IMG/VR virus record: IMGVR_UViG_3300037470_000126
Location: 18,369 to 82,368 of that record
Length of the DNA stretch: 64,000 nt
Source of the DNA: a virus
Taxonomy: Duplodnaviria > Caudoviricetes
Direction: 5' to 3' (one strand)
Below are positions 15,358 through 24,030 of the stretch, in pieces. The position numbers and the translations under genes are program-made. The notes under the pieces are model-generated. The model saw nothing but the letters and a program-made list of their open reading frames with translations. It did no database searches and was not told the origin of the DNA. Numbering within the stretch: the first letter of the stretch is position 1; each line of letters opens with the position of its first letter.

Positions 15358-15439
15358 GTCGCCCCTAGGTCTCCATTTATTCCCCGGCTGGGGAGACTCC
15401 ACGCAGTGCCGGGCCAGATGTTCCCGATGTCAGGGCGAC
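15358..15439 (-). ncRNA. Putative structured RNA between the two tRNAs
   Basis: 8-bp closing stem GUCGCCCU/GGGGCGAC and inner GUCUCC/GGAGAC stem. Confidence 0.35.
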
Positions 15440-15454
15440 TGGGGAACCAACGCG

Positions 15455-15528
15455 TACCCACGGAGGGATTTGAACCCCCAACCTTTCGGACCTAAACCGA
15501 ACGCCTCTCCCAATTGGGCTACGCGGGC
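15455..15528 (-). tRNA. tRNA-Leu(UAG) with short variable loop
   Basis: Acceptor GCCCGCG/CGTGGGT, anticodon arm TTCGG-TTTAGGT-CCGAA, T arm GGGGG-TTCAAAT-CCCTC, discriminator A. Confidence 0.9.
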
Positions 15529-15671
15529 TTAAACAATATCTCGCTATGGAGTTCTCAATGAACGGGGCTTCCTTAGCCCCCTCCCCACATGGACGATACG
15601 GGGAGGGGACCGGCAAGGAGCGTCAGGTTCGGACTGACAAGAAGAACAGTACAGACCGTCACGAGAGTCTG

Positions 15672-15884
15672 TCAACCCTCTACTTTCTTAGTGCGGGTTA
15701 CGGGCTGCCGCTTAGCCTTCCAGGACTTGAACCCCTTGATCGCCGCGGCCTCGTCTCGGTCGCTGAACATGTACCGCTTGCCCGTGCCAGGGTTGTTCCA
15801 CGAGGGCACCGCTCGCAAGAAGCGACGGAACTCCTTCGGGTCCAGGTCGTTGTCTCGGGCTACCTGCGCTCCACTCTTTGCCAT
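15672..15884 (-). CDS. Small putative winged-HTH DNA-binding protein
   Basis: AQVARDNDLDPKEFRRFLR...GKRYMF. Confidence 0.65.
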   Translation of the reverse strand: MAKSGAQVARDNDLDPKEFRRFLRAVPSWNNPGTGKRYMFSDRDEAAAIKGFKSWKAKRQPVTRTKKVEG

Positions 15885-15948
15885 GACTCGCTCCCTCGGT
15901 TTACGAGGGGTGTGGAAGAGTCACGTCCCACACCCCCCTGATAGATGC

Positions 15949-16713
15949 TCAGTGCGTGGCGTTCCAGGCTGCCACGATCTTCTTTACGTCCTCTGCGGTG
16001 AAGACGTAAGAGCCTCCGGCGCTCTGCTGGAAGTTGCGACCTACGGCCCACTTACGAAGCCACGCACGGAAGTTCTTTGCCGGCACACCCATCGCGGCTG
16101 CGACCTCAGGCGCTGAGAACGTCTTAGGAGCGCTCTCGTCAGTCGATGCGAGAGTCTGTGCCGGCGCTGCCTGCGAGGCGCTTACAGGAGCGCTCACGCG
16201 CTTCTCGGGCATACTCACGACGACCGGAGCGACTGTGTCAACGAACGTGATAGCCGCGGCGGCGATCCTCTCGTCTTTCGGCAGGTAAGAGAGGCCCTTC
16301 CAGCACGGCGGGCAGTAGTAGAAACGGCCACCCGTGGGAGCCTTCGGCTTGCGGTGCTTGGAGTAGCGCTTCCCGCACGAGTGCTCGGCGACCCAGCGGC
16401 CTTCGGGCATGTCAGCCTCAGTGCACGGCTTGGGATCCACCACGCCCAACTGGATCGCGACTGCCTGCCACTCGGGACCGTGCTTGGCTCCCGGCGTCAG
16501 GGCGTGGGCAATCTCGTGCCGGCACGTCTGCTCCACGTGCTCACGGTCGTGGCGGTCGACGTACGCGACGGACAGGAGGAGTTCCTTAGGGCCGTACTTG
16601 CACAGGCCCAGGGTCCTCATGCGATTCATCCAAGCGAACCGCCATCCCTGCTCCCACAGACCGTACTCCTTGATTAGGTGGGTCATCATCTGTGCGGCTT
16701 CTTCTCTATTCAT
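15949..16713 (-). CDS. SprT-like zinc metalloprotease with C-terminal HTH-like domain
   Basis: LGLCKY, HEIAHAL (HExxH), HGPEW, HSCG...YYCPPC. Confidence 0.85.
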   Translation of the reverse strand: MNREEAAQMMTHLIKEYGLWEQGWRFAWMNRMRTLGLCKYGPKELLLSVAYVDRHDREHVEQTCRHEIAHALTPGAKHGPEWQAVAIQLGVVDPKPCTEADMPEGRWVAEHSCGKRYSKHRKPKAPTGGRFYYCPPCWKGLSYLPKDERIAAAAITFVDTVAPVVVSMPEKRVSAPVSASQAAPAQTLASTDESAPKTFSAPEVAAAMGVPAKNFRAWLRKWAVGRNFQQSAGGSYVFTAEDVKKIVAAWNATH

Positions 16714-16720
16714 GTCTCCG

Positions 16721-16750
16721 ACTCTATACCTCGTGGTGCCGCACTGTCAA
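16721..16750 (-). promoter_or_regulatory. Sigma70-type promoter
   Basis: TTGACA-18-TAGAGT. Confidence 0.7.
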
Positions 16751-16825
16751 CCCGCACGCATCAAGGAGTTTCCAGCGAAAAGCCCCGGGAGTGTGACGGC
16801 TCCCGGGGCCTCTCTACTCCCGACA

Positions 16826-17161
16826 CTACGGCCGGCAGACCAACTTGCCGATCGGCTCGTGGCCCGTGGCGATGCGCACGTTCCGACGCGCGACCTGGGC
16901 GAGAGCGGCCAGCGTCTCCGTCTCGGAGAACCACTGGTTCTTGAAGACCAGCCACTCGGCCGGCGGACGGTGGGGGTTGTCGGCGCTCCACGCCTCGTCG
17001 GGCGTGTTGATCGCGGCCCACTGGTCGGGGGTGCAGTCCTCGCCGCTCAGGTGCTCAGCCATGCGACGCTCCGCCTGGTCACGGAGCCACCAGAGCATCT
17101 CCAGGTTGCCGGACTTACGCCCGAAGGCCTTGGTCACGCGGACGGTCTCGACAATCTCCAC
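16826..17161 (-). CDS. Hypothetical protein
   Basis: GTG start after GAGGAG; own promoter. Confidence 0.7.
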   Translation of the reverse strand: MEIVETVRVTKAFGRKSGNLEMLWWLRDQAERRMAEHLSGEDCTPDQWAAINTPDEAWSADNPHRPPAEWLVFKNQWFSETETLAALAQVARRNVRIATGHEPIGKLVCRP

Positions 17162-17199
17162 GGCATCTCCTCGTGTCGTCGGTCTTACTGACAGGGCTA

Positions 17200-17229
17200 A
17201 CGTTACTCTTCCACACCTACCCGTGTCAA
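17200..17229 (-). promoter_or_regulatory. Sigma70-type promoter
   Basis: TTGACA-18-TAACGT. Confidence 0.7.
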
Positions 17230-17319
17230 CACGTCTCGGGAAGTTTCTCAAGCCGCCAAAGAACCCCTGCACCATCGGTACAGGGGCTCCCTGGGAGGGG
17301 TTCACGCCGGCGGCATGAA

Positions 17320-18093
17320 TTACTCGTCGTCGTCCGAGTCATCCTCGGCGACGTCCGTGGCCTTCTTGCGCGCCGGGGCCTTGCGACGGCTCGTGGTCGT
17401 CTTGCGCGCGGCCGGCTTACGAGCGGGCTTCTTCGGGGCCGGGGCCTCCTCGACCTCGGCCTCCTCCAGCTCCTCGTCGTCCGCGTCGTCCGCGTCATCC
17501 TCGTCGGCGGACTCCGACTCGGCCTCCGCAGCCAGGCGCTCCTTCTCGGCCTTCTTCGCCGCGCGCTTGGCCTCCGCGGTCTCCTTGAGCTTGTCCAGGG
17601 CCAGCTTCTGGGCCTCGTCGATCTCGCCGGCCTTGACCCGCTTGATGATGGCGACCACCTTCGGGTCGTCCACGCCGGTGAAGGAGTAGCGCTTGCCGTC
17701 CGCAGCCTCGCCCGGCAGCTCGCCGGCGGCCTTCATCTTGCGGAGCAGGACACGCAGGCCGCGGCCGTCGTAGCGCTTGCCGGTCTCCTTCTCGATGTGG
17801 TCCAGGAGCTCGGCGGTGCCGAACGCCACGTCATTGGCCTTCTTCGCCGGCTTCTTGGCAGCGGCCTTCTTGGCGCCGCGCTTGCCCTTGGCCTTCGGGG
17901 CCTCGTCCTCTTCCACCTCGTCCTCGTCGGCGTCCTCGACCTCGTCCAGCTCCAGGTCGTCCAGGTCGTCGCCGGTGCCGGCGATCTCGTTGTCGTCGTC
18001 CTCGACCTCGACGCCGTCCTCATCCTCTTCCAGCTCGAACTCCTCGACCTCTTCCTCAGCGGCCTTGGACTTCGCTCGGGTGCGAGTTGCCAT
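17320..18093 (-). CDS. Acidic/basic low-complexity protein with central HTH-like domain
   Basis: Long D/E tracts, PAKK/PARK repeats, central GLRVLLRK...GKRYSF. Confidence 0.8.
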   Translation of the reverse strand: MATRTRAKSKAAEEEVEEFELEEDEDGVEVEDDDNEIAGTGDDLDDLELDEVEDADEDEVEEDEAPKAKGKRGAKKAAAKKPAKKANDVAFGTAELLDHIEKETGKRYDGRGLRVLLRKMKAAGELPGEAADGKRYSFTGVDDPKVVAIIKRVKAGEIDEAQKLALDKLKETAEAKRAAKKAEKERLAAEAESESADEDDADDADDEELEEAEVEEAPAPKKPARKPAARKTTTSRRKAPARKKATDVAEDDSDDDE

Positions 18094-18169
18094 GGTGTGT
18101 TCCCCTCTCACGGGTAATACGTAGTTGGATGTTCGAGTCGTGGTGACCTCGTTTGTTGCGACGGAGACA

Positions 18170-18198
18170 ACATTACTTCCTCTCGGCCGATGTGTCAA
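18170..18198 (-). promoter_or_regulatory. Sigma70-type promoter
   Basis: TTGACA-17-TAATGT. Confidence 0.8.
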
Positions 18199-18720
18199 AC
18201 CCTTCATTCCCACTCCCGCCGTGGACTGTTCGTGTCGTCCTACTCGCGTGCGCGCGTTCGTTATATGCCCGTACGCGCCTGTGATGATCTTGTTTCCCAG
18301 CTCTAAATGTGGGTGTGATCTGAGTCACGTTTTGATGATCAACTCCTGTCGTTCTCCACCTGGATGCTCCAGTCTCGCACTTGACAGAGACGTTATGCTG
18401 TACTTCGTATCGCCTCGCGACGAAGCGGCTCCGCCGCCGACGAGAGCGCGACGCCCGCAGGGCGCAGCATAACGATCCTCTGCAAGGCGACTTACCGATC
18501 ATGAAACCTGCTGATCAGGACGTTACGCTCACAGACAGTGACGAGATCGTATCGTTCTCAAGATCAGAACACTTCAGAACACAAGCGAAAAACAAGCGCT
18601 TGACGTGCAGGAACATTGGTTCTGTCCCCAAATGTCTGAATTACTCTCGGTGATCTAGCGCTCTTCCCTTCACAGACTGTTACTGTGGGCCGACGTCTGA
18701 TATACTCGTGCCGATAGGCC

Positions 18721-19116
18721 GTGACAACGAGTGAGGACCACATGGAACAGAAACCGCCGGGGAGGCTCGTTCTCCTGTACTTCGGGGACGAGGACAGGGC
18801 CCAAGAGTTCTTCACGAACAACCCGGACGCCCGCGTCGTCGGGATGTATGAAGACCCGAAAGGCAAGGAGTGCCGTTGCCGCTCCCAGAAGACCGCTAGG
18901 AACAAGGACTTTGGTTGGGGCCCCCAACATGAGTTCTGGGGCTGGCAGCGTCACTCCATGTGCAGCCGCGCCGGCGTCTGGTGGCGTCGGAACTACGGCC
19001 GCCGTCTGTTTCTCGCCCTCGGCGTGAACTTGCTGGGCGAGAAGGCACCCAAGATCTTCCAGTCCCCACAGGGCTGGGGCCACCCCAATTACGAGCCGAA
19101 AGACGGGGAAATCTGA
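18721..19116 (+). CDS. Hypothetical protein
   Basis: First ORF of an overlapping rightward operon; CRC...C residues. Confidence 0.65.
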   Translation: MTTSEDHMEQKPPGRLVLLYFGDEDRAQEFFTNNPDARVVGMYEDPKGKECRCRSQKTARNKDFGWGPQHEFWGWQRHSMCSRAGVWWRRNYGRRLFLALGVNLLGEKAPKIFQSPQGWGHPNYEPKDGEI

Positions 19117-19685
19117 TGGCTGACGGCACTTACATCCTGTTTGAGGGTATCGGTACTCTCACGGTGAACGAGAAGCCCCAGAACCATCCCGACTTCTCCA
19201 AGGTCGAACTTCACGAGGTCACGGACTATGATGTCTGTGTCAAGGTCTGGGCCGAGACTCTGGGCAACTTCATCCGCTGGTATGGCACCATCGAGGCCCT
19301 GGGAGAGCTGCCCAAGAACCTCTCAGGCGACTACACACTCCGGCTGTCAGACGACAGGGTGGGTGTGGTACGTGTGCTCGGCCCGTTCATGGATGACCGA
19401 TACCAGTTCCAAGGCCAAGATCTCCCGCCGGGCTTCCTCAACTTCGTGGAGCCCACGGACTTGGTCAGCGTGGAACTCACATCTTCCACACCAACCTGGC
19501 GTGTTTGGTTGTCCCGCGCATTCGGTCTCGTGTCCATCGTGTCGATATTCGCGGCCGTCTGGGTGGACAGCTATCGGGGAGAGCTGGTCTATACCGGCTG
19601 TATCTCCATGCTCCTGGCCCTCGGCTTCACGCCGACTCGCCCTAAGTCCCTGCCGGAGGTGCCCCTTGACTGCCCACACCAGTGA
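19116..19685 (+). CDS. Hypothetical membrane protein
   Basis: TGATG coupling to the upstream gene; two C-terminal hydrophobic segments. Confidence 0.7.
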   Translation: MADGTYILFEGIGTLTVNEKPQNHPDFSKVELHEVTDYDVCVKVWAETLGNFIRWYGTIEALGELPKNLSGDYTLRLSDDRVGVVRVLGPFMDDRYQFQGQDLPPGFLNFVEPTDLVSVELTSSTPTWRVWLSRAFGLVSIVSIFAAVWVDSYRGELVYTGCISMLLALGFTPTRPKSLPEVPLDCPHQ

Positions 19686-19953
19686 ACCCCTCAAGGTCTG
19701 TTTCCAGTTCGTCACCAAGGGCGGCGCGGTGATGGACACGGAGCCTGAAGAGTTCCCGAACATCCAGGCCGCCACCAAGCGGGCCCAGGAATGGATGGAG
19801 CTCAAGGGACGGGTCCTAGCCTTTACATCATTCGAGGGCTACGGCGTCAGTATGCGGACAGACGAGATCGAGCATATTACCGCCATGCCCGCAGCAAAGA
19901 TGGCCGAGCTATTCGACGCGGCCTCCACGGAAGGATTCCCGACCAATGAGTAA
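19666..19953 (+). CDS. Hypothetical protein
   Basis: TTG start after GGAGG; overlaps both neighbours. Confidence 0.55.
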   Translation: MTAHTSEPLKVCFQFVTKGGAVMDTEPEEFPNIQAATKRAQEWMELKGRVLAFTSFEGYGVSMRTDEIEHITAMPAAKMAELFDAASTEGFPTNE

Positions 19954-20998
19954 GACCCTGTTCCTCACGGGAGCCTCCGGTTTTGTGGGGTCCGCTGCTC
20001 TCCAGCACGTTCTGGAGAACACGGACTGGCGGGTCATCTGCCCCACGACCATGCGCCACTACGGGGACCAGTCCAGGCTAGTGGAGCTCCGCGAGAAGTA
20101 CGGCGAGCGTGTCCACGTCGTCCCCTGCGACCTTGCCATGCCGTTCCACCCTGAGCTGTTCGGCCTCGACGGTCCGGGCTCCGTGGACTTCATCTGGAAC
20201 ATCGCCTCGGAGTCTCACGTCGACCGCTCCCTAGGCGACCCTGAGGGCTTCATCAGGAACAACATGGAGCTTATGCTTAACGTCCTGCGGTTCGCCATTG
20301 ACGTCAAGCCGAGGCTGTTCCTGCACATGAGCACCGACGAGGTGTTTGGCCCGCAGTACGACGGCGACTCTCCCCACACGGAGTGGTCCTCGATCAAGCC
20401 CAGCAATCCGTACAGTGCGAGCAAGGCGGCCCAGGAAGCCATCGCCTACTCGTACTGGAGGGCATACGGCATCCCACTGGTGATCACGAACACCATGAAC
20501 CTCATCGGGCCTCGGCAGCACCCGGAGAAGTTCGTCCCCAAGATGATCCGCGCCCTCAAGGCCGGCGAGCCGCTGACTATCCACTCTAACCCGGACGGTG
20601 AGAGCGGGACCAGGTGCTGGATCGGTATCGAGGACTTCGCCAATGCGTGGCTGTGGCTAACGCGGAAGTTTGACCTCATCACCCAGTCGTCGGCACACGC
20701 GGATCACCTCACTTACTACCCGTCCATGCCGCGAGAGCCTCACCGGTTCAACATCGTGGGCCAGCGTGCGTCGAACCTGGAAGTAGCGGAACTCCTCGCC
20801 GAGATCATGGGTGTGGAAGAGCCGGACATTCAGATGGTGAACTTCCACACCAGCCGGCCGGGACACGATATGCACTACGGCCTAGACGGATCCAAGCTAG
20901 CCCACTTCGGCTGGACCCCGCCGTCGAACCTCACGGACCGCCTGATCGAGACCGTCCACTGGTACCAGGACTTCCCCTCTGCTCTGGAGACACGGTGA
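19946..20998 (+). CDS. rmlB: NDP-sugar 4,6-dehydratase (dTDP-glucose 4,6-dehydratase-like)
   Basis: TGASGFVG, ASESHVDRS, STDEVFG, NPYSASKA, HPEKFVPK, RPGHDMHY. Confidence 0.9.
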   Translation: MSKTLFLTGASGFVGSAALQHVLENTDWRVICPTTMRHYGDQSRLVELREKYGERVHVVPCDLAMPFHPELFGLDGPGSVDFIWNIASESHVDRSLGDPEGFIRNNMELMLNVLRFAIDVKPRLFLHMSTDEVFGPQYDGDSPHTEWSSIKPSNPYSASKAAQEAIAYSYWRAYGIPLVITNTMNLIGPRQHPEKFVPKMIRALKAGEPLTIHSNPDGESGTRCWIGIEDFANAWLWLTRKFDLITQSSAHADHLTYYPSMPREPHRFNIVGQRASNLEVAELLAEIMGVEEPDIQMVNFHTSRPGHDMHYGLDGSKLAHFGWTPPSNLTDRLIETVHWYQDFPSALETR

Positions 20999-21408
20999 AC
21001 CCGCCTCTATACCTCGTAGGTTCGTGGGGTATCGGTAAGTCCACCGTGGCGAACCAGCTAGGTATCCCCCACCTGGATCTGAGTAAGGACCTGAATCTCC
21101 CCGACACAATCGACCAACCGAGGCTGGTGTGGGAGAATATGATCAAGCCCGCTCTAGCCTACTCCGAGTTGCGGGGCGGCATGGTCATCTCCGTAGGTTC
21201 CCGGTGCATGGTCGGGGATGATGAGCGGGAGTGGGCACTCCGTGATTGGCTGGCTGATCTTAGCCCCCGAGTGGTTAGGCTAACTGGGGAACCCCGGCGG
21301 CCGTTGACTCGGTGCGAGGAGGCTATCCTGCCCGTTGCGGGTAAGTCAGTTCCTGCCCGCCCTCGGAGTGAAGCGGTAGCCCGGATCAAGGAATGGTTTT
21401 CACTATGA
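20995..21408 (+). CDS. P-loop kinase-like protein
   Basis: YLVGSWGIGKST Walker A. Confidence 0.65.
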   Translation: MNPPLYLVGSWGIGKSTVANQLGIPHLDLSKDLNLPDTIDQPRLVWENMIKPALAYSELRGGMVISVGSRCMVGDDEREWALRDWLADLSPRVVRLTGEPRRPLTRCEEAILPVAGKSVPARPRSEAVARIKEWFSL

Positions 21409-21950
21409 CCACGTTCTATCTCGTAGGCTCATCCGGAGTAGGTAAGACGACCACCGCGGGACTTCTGGCCAAGCGGGGGGTCTGTGTCCATCGTGAGGCG
21501 AGCACAGAGTCCAGGAACAAGGCTGGTGCCAAGTGGCACAAGTCGCCTGAGACCGACTGGCAGATCATCCAGCCGGTGCTGACTGACATGGAAGCTCACC
21601 AGGGATCCCTTCCCCTCATGGTTGTACTAGGAGCCGGCACACAGCTATACGGTCAGTTGAACAACCGGGCTATCCAGAAGTGGCTGGACTCTCGAAAGGA
21701 CCGGGTGATCTGGCTACAGTCTTCCCACGAGGAAGCTTACCGTCACTACCGGGAGCGGGCGGTTAAGCACCGTCACGGGGCCAGTAAGACCTTCCCCCAG
21801 TTCGTCAAGGTCGAGTTTGATCCGCTCCGCACCGACCTGTATTCCGTAGCAGGCCTGAGGGTGGACGTCAACGGGCAGACAGTCAGCCAGACAGCAGACG
21901 CGGTAACCAGCCTGATCAACCAGTACGGGAAGGCTTCGAACCATGCATAA
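21405..21950 (+). CDS. P-loop small-molecule kinase (shikimate/nucleotide kinase fold)
   Basis: YLVGSSGVGKTT, VVLGAG, VIWLQ. Confidence 0.75.
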   Translation: MTTFYLVGSSGVGKTTTAGLLAKRGVCVHREASTESRNKAGAKWHKSPETDWQIIQPVLTDMEAHQGSLPLMVVLGAGTQLYGQLNNRAIQKWLDSRKDRVIWLQSSHEEAYRHYRERAVKHRHGASKTFPQFVKVEFDPLRTDLYSVAGLRVDVNGQTVSQTADAVTSLINQYGKASNHA

Positions 21951-22737
21951 GATCCTGGACGCCCTCGCCGCCGGCAACTTCCATGAGCCGCTGGAAGCTA
22001 ACCCCCTCCGAGCCATGGGAGTTGGTCTCCCCAGTGATGAGGGCTACCAGGCCCTCCAAGAGGAGGTCCGGTATATCATGGCTCATCTGTCCCCGTCTCA
22101 CGTGGCATCCAAGGGCCATGGTACTAACTGGACCAAGCCGGTGGGGCAGGTGCGACAGTGGTCCCTCTTCAACACCCACAGGGACACGAGCAACACCAGC
22201 GACGATTTCAACTACCACAACATCCCCGACAAGCGACCCGTTCCCGGGTACAGCTTCCTCGGGAAGATGTGCCGAACTCTGCCGAGTCTGGTGAACATGC
22301 GGCTTAACGCCATGTCGCCTGGCGGTGCCTTGTCGCCCCATGAGGAGCACCTACCGATCGCCATCGGCTCAGACAAGGTGGCTTTCCGTTGCCGCTTCCA
22401 CCTCCCTGTGTTCACCAACCCAGAATCGGTCATGCTGGCCGACGGGGACCTGTTCCACTTCCAGGGAGGCAAGGTCTATGCCTTCAACAACGGGTGTATC
22501 CACTCCGCGAAGAACGACGGCGGCAGTGAGAGGGTACACCTGGTCTGGGACCAGCTCATGACCGAGCGGGCTATCCAAGCCATGTTTGATGGTGACCGAA
22601 CTCCGTCCTGGCTCATCTCTGCCGTCCAGCCGATCAACCCGGTGGGTCACCTGGATGTGACCAAGTTCCAGCCGTCAGGCGGCATGAAGCGCCAGGAGTT
22701 CGACCGCCGTCGAGTCGTGTTCCACCCGGGGGTCTGA
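21943..22737 (+). CDS. Aspartyl/asparaginyl beta-hydroxylase family 2OG-Fe(II) dioxygenase
   Basis: MSPGGALSPHEEH, RFHLPVFTN, FNNGCIHSAKN, RVHLVWD. Confidence 0.82.
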   Translation: MHKILDALAAGNFHEPLEANPLRAMGVGLPSDEGYQALQEEVRYIMAHLSPSHVASKGHGTNWTKPVGQVRQWSLFNTHRDTSNTSDDFNYHNIPDKRPVPGYSFLGKMCRTLPSLVNMRLNAMSPGGALSPHEEHLPIAIGSDKVAFRCRFHLPVFTNPESVMLADGDLFHFQGGKVYAFNNGCIHSAKNDGGSERVHLVWDQLMTERAIQAMFDGDRTPSWLISAVQPINPVGHLDVTKFQPSGGMKRQEFDRRRVVFHPGV

Positions 22738-22738
22738 C

Positions 22739-23395
22739 ATGACCAGTATCGGAATGTGGTGGTTCAGACCGTCCGCTGGTACCACCAACTTCGGGGATGA
22801 GCTAGGTCCACAGATTGTCACCCGTCTGGGTTACGAGGTCCATCGGGTCCCTCTCGAACAAGCGGACCTAGTAGGCTGCGGGAGCATCCTAGGCATTGTG
22901 GACGCGAAAGCCAAGCCTGGTACCATAGTGTGGGGATCCGGCCTGATCATGCCCACGGACAACATGAGGGCCAAGAGATTCAACGTCAAGGCAGTGCGAG
23001 GCGTGATCTCAGCACGTCGGTTGGGTGTGGAAGTTCCTCTTGGTGATCCAGGCATCCTGGTGCCCCTGCTGTGGCCTCGAAAGGTTAACCCCCGTCACCG
23101 CATCGGGGTTATCCCTCACTACGTGGATAAGAACCGGTATGCCTGGGCGGACAAGGTAATCAATCCCAAGTCACCGGTAGACCAGGTTATCGAGGAGATC
23201 CAGTCGTGCCACACCATCGCCTCGTCTAGTCTCCACGGGCTCATCATCGCCGAAGCCTACGGCATTCCTGCCGTCCGCCTTTACCACCCAAAGGTAGTCG
23301 GGGATGAGTTCAAGTGGGTGGACTACATGAGCGCGTTTGCCGGCACGTCTATGTCAGAAGCGCAACGGGGGTTGATTAGGGCGCTTGAATCATGA
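22739..23395 (+). CDS. Polysaccharide pyruvyl transferase-like protein (ExoV type)
   Basis: NFGDEL, WGSG, AVRG, GDPG, SSSLHGLIIAEAYGIPA. Confidence 0.85.
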   Translation: MTSIGMWWFRPSAGTTNFGDELGPQIVTRLGYEVHRVPLEQADLVGCGSILGIVDAKAKPGTIVWGSGLIMPTDNMRAKRFNVKAVRGVISARRLGVEVPLGDPGILVPLLWPRKVNPRHRIGVIPHYVDKNRYAWADKVINPKSPVDQVIEEIQSCHTIASSSLHGLIIAEAYGIPAVRLYHPKVVGDEFKWVDYMSAFAGTSMSEAQRGLIRALES

Positions 23396-24030
23396 GTGAG
23401 CTAGAGATCCTAGACAGTATCACTGTGGTGATCCCCGTACACCCCGAACGTGTCCGTAACGGTATGCTAGAGCGTGCTCTTAGCTCTGTGAGAAGTCAGA
23501 CACTGCCGGCGGACGAGATCATCGTGGTTGAGGACCATGAGGGTCAAGGAGCCGCCAGGACCCGCCATCAAGGCCTCATGGAAGTAACCTCCGAATGGGT
23601 GGCCTTCCTGGACTCCGATGATGAGTTCCTGCCTCGTCACCTGGAGAGGCTCATGGCTTGTGCCCAGGAGACCGAGGCGGACTTTGTATACTCGTGGTAC
23701 AAGATCAAAGGTGCCTCGGATCCCATGCCTAACCGCTTCGGCAAGGCATGGAACCCAGATAAGCCCGCCCTAACCACCATTACCGTAATGGTTAAGACCC
23801 AGCTAGCCCAACGAGTGGGTTTTCACCCTGACCCCAACCGCGTTAAGAATAGCGGTGAGGACATGATGTTTGTCCGCGGGTGTAACAGTCTGGGTGCTAA
23901 GATTGTGCATCTCCCAGAGAGGACCTGGGTATGGCACCATCACGGCGGCAACACATCAGGCCTGAACACTCGGGGTGACGCGGTACCACCAGCACCCGTC
24001 AAGGGGCGTAAGAAGGGAAGGAGGAAGTAA
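23392..24030 (+). CDS. Glycosyltransferase family 2
   Basis: VVIP, IIVVED, WVAFLDSDD, GED. Confidence 0.92.
   Translation: MSELEILDSITVVIPVHPERVRNGMLERALSSVRSQTLPADEIIVVEDHEGQGAARTRHQGLMEVTSEWVAFLDSDDEFLPRHLERLMACAQETEADFVYSWYKIKGASDPMPNRFGKAWNPDKPALTTITVMVKTQLAQRVGFHPDPNRVKNSGEDMMFVRGCNSLGAKIVHLPERTWVWHHHGGNTSGLNTRGDAVPPAPVKGRKKGRRK

Noticed and set aside
17173-18124. Long plus-strand ORFs opposite 17320..18093
   Set aside because: Shadow frames produced by biased codons in a low-complexity gene
18381-18410. TTGACA as the promoter of the rightward operon
   Set aside because: No TAnnnT hexamer at 16-18 bp spacing
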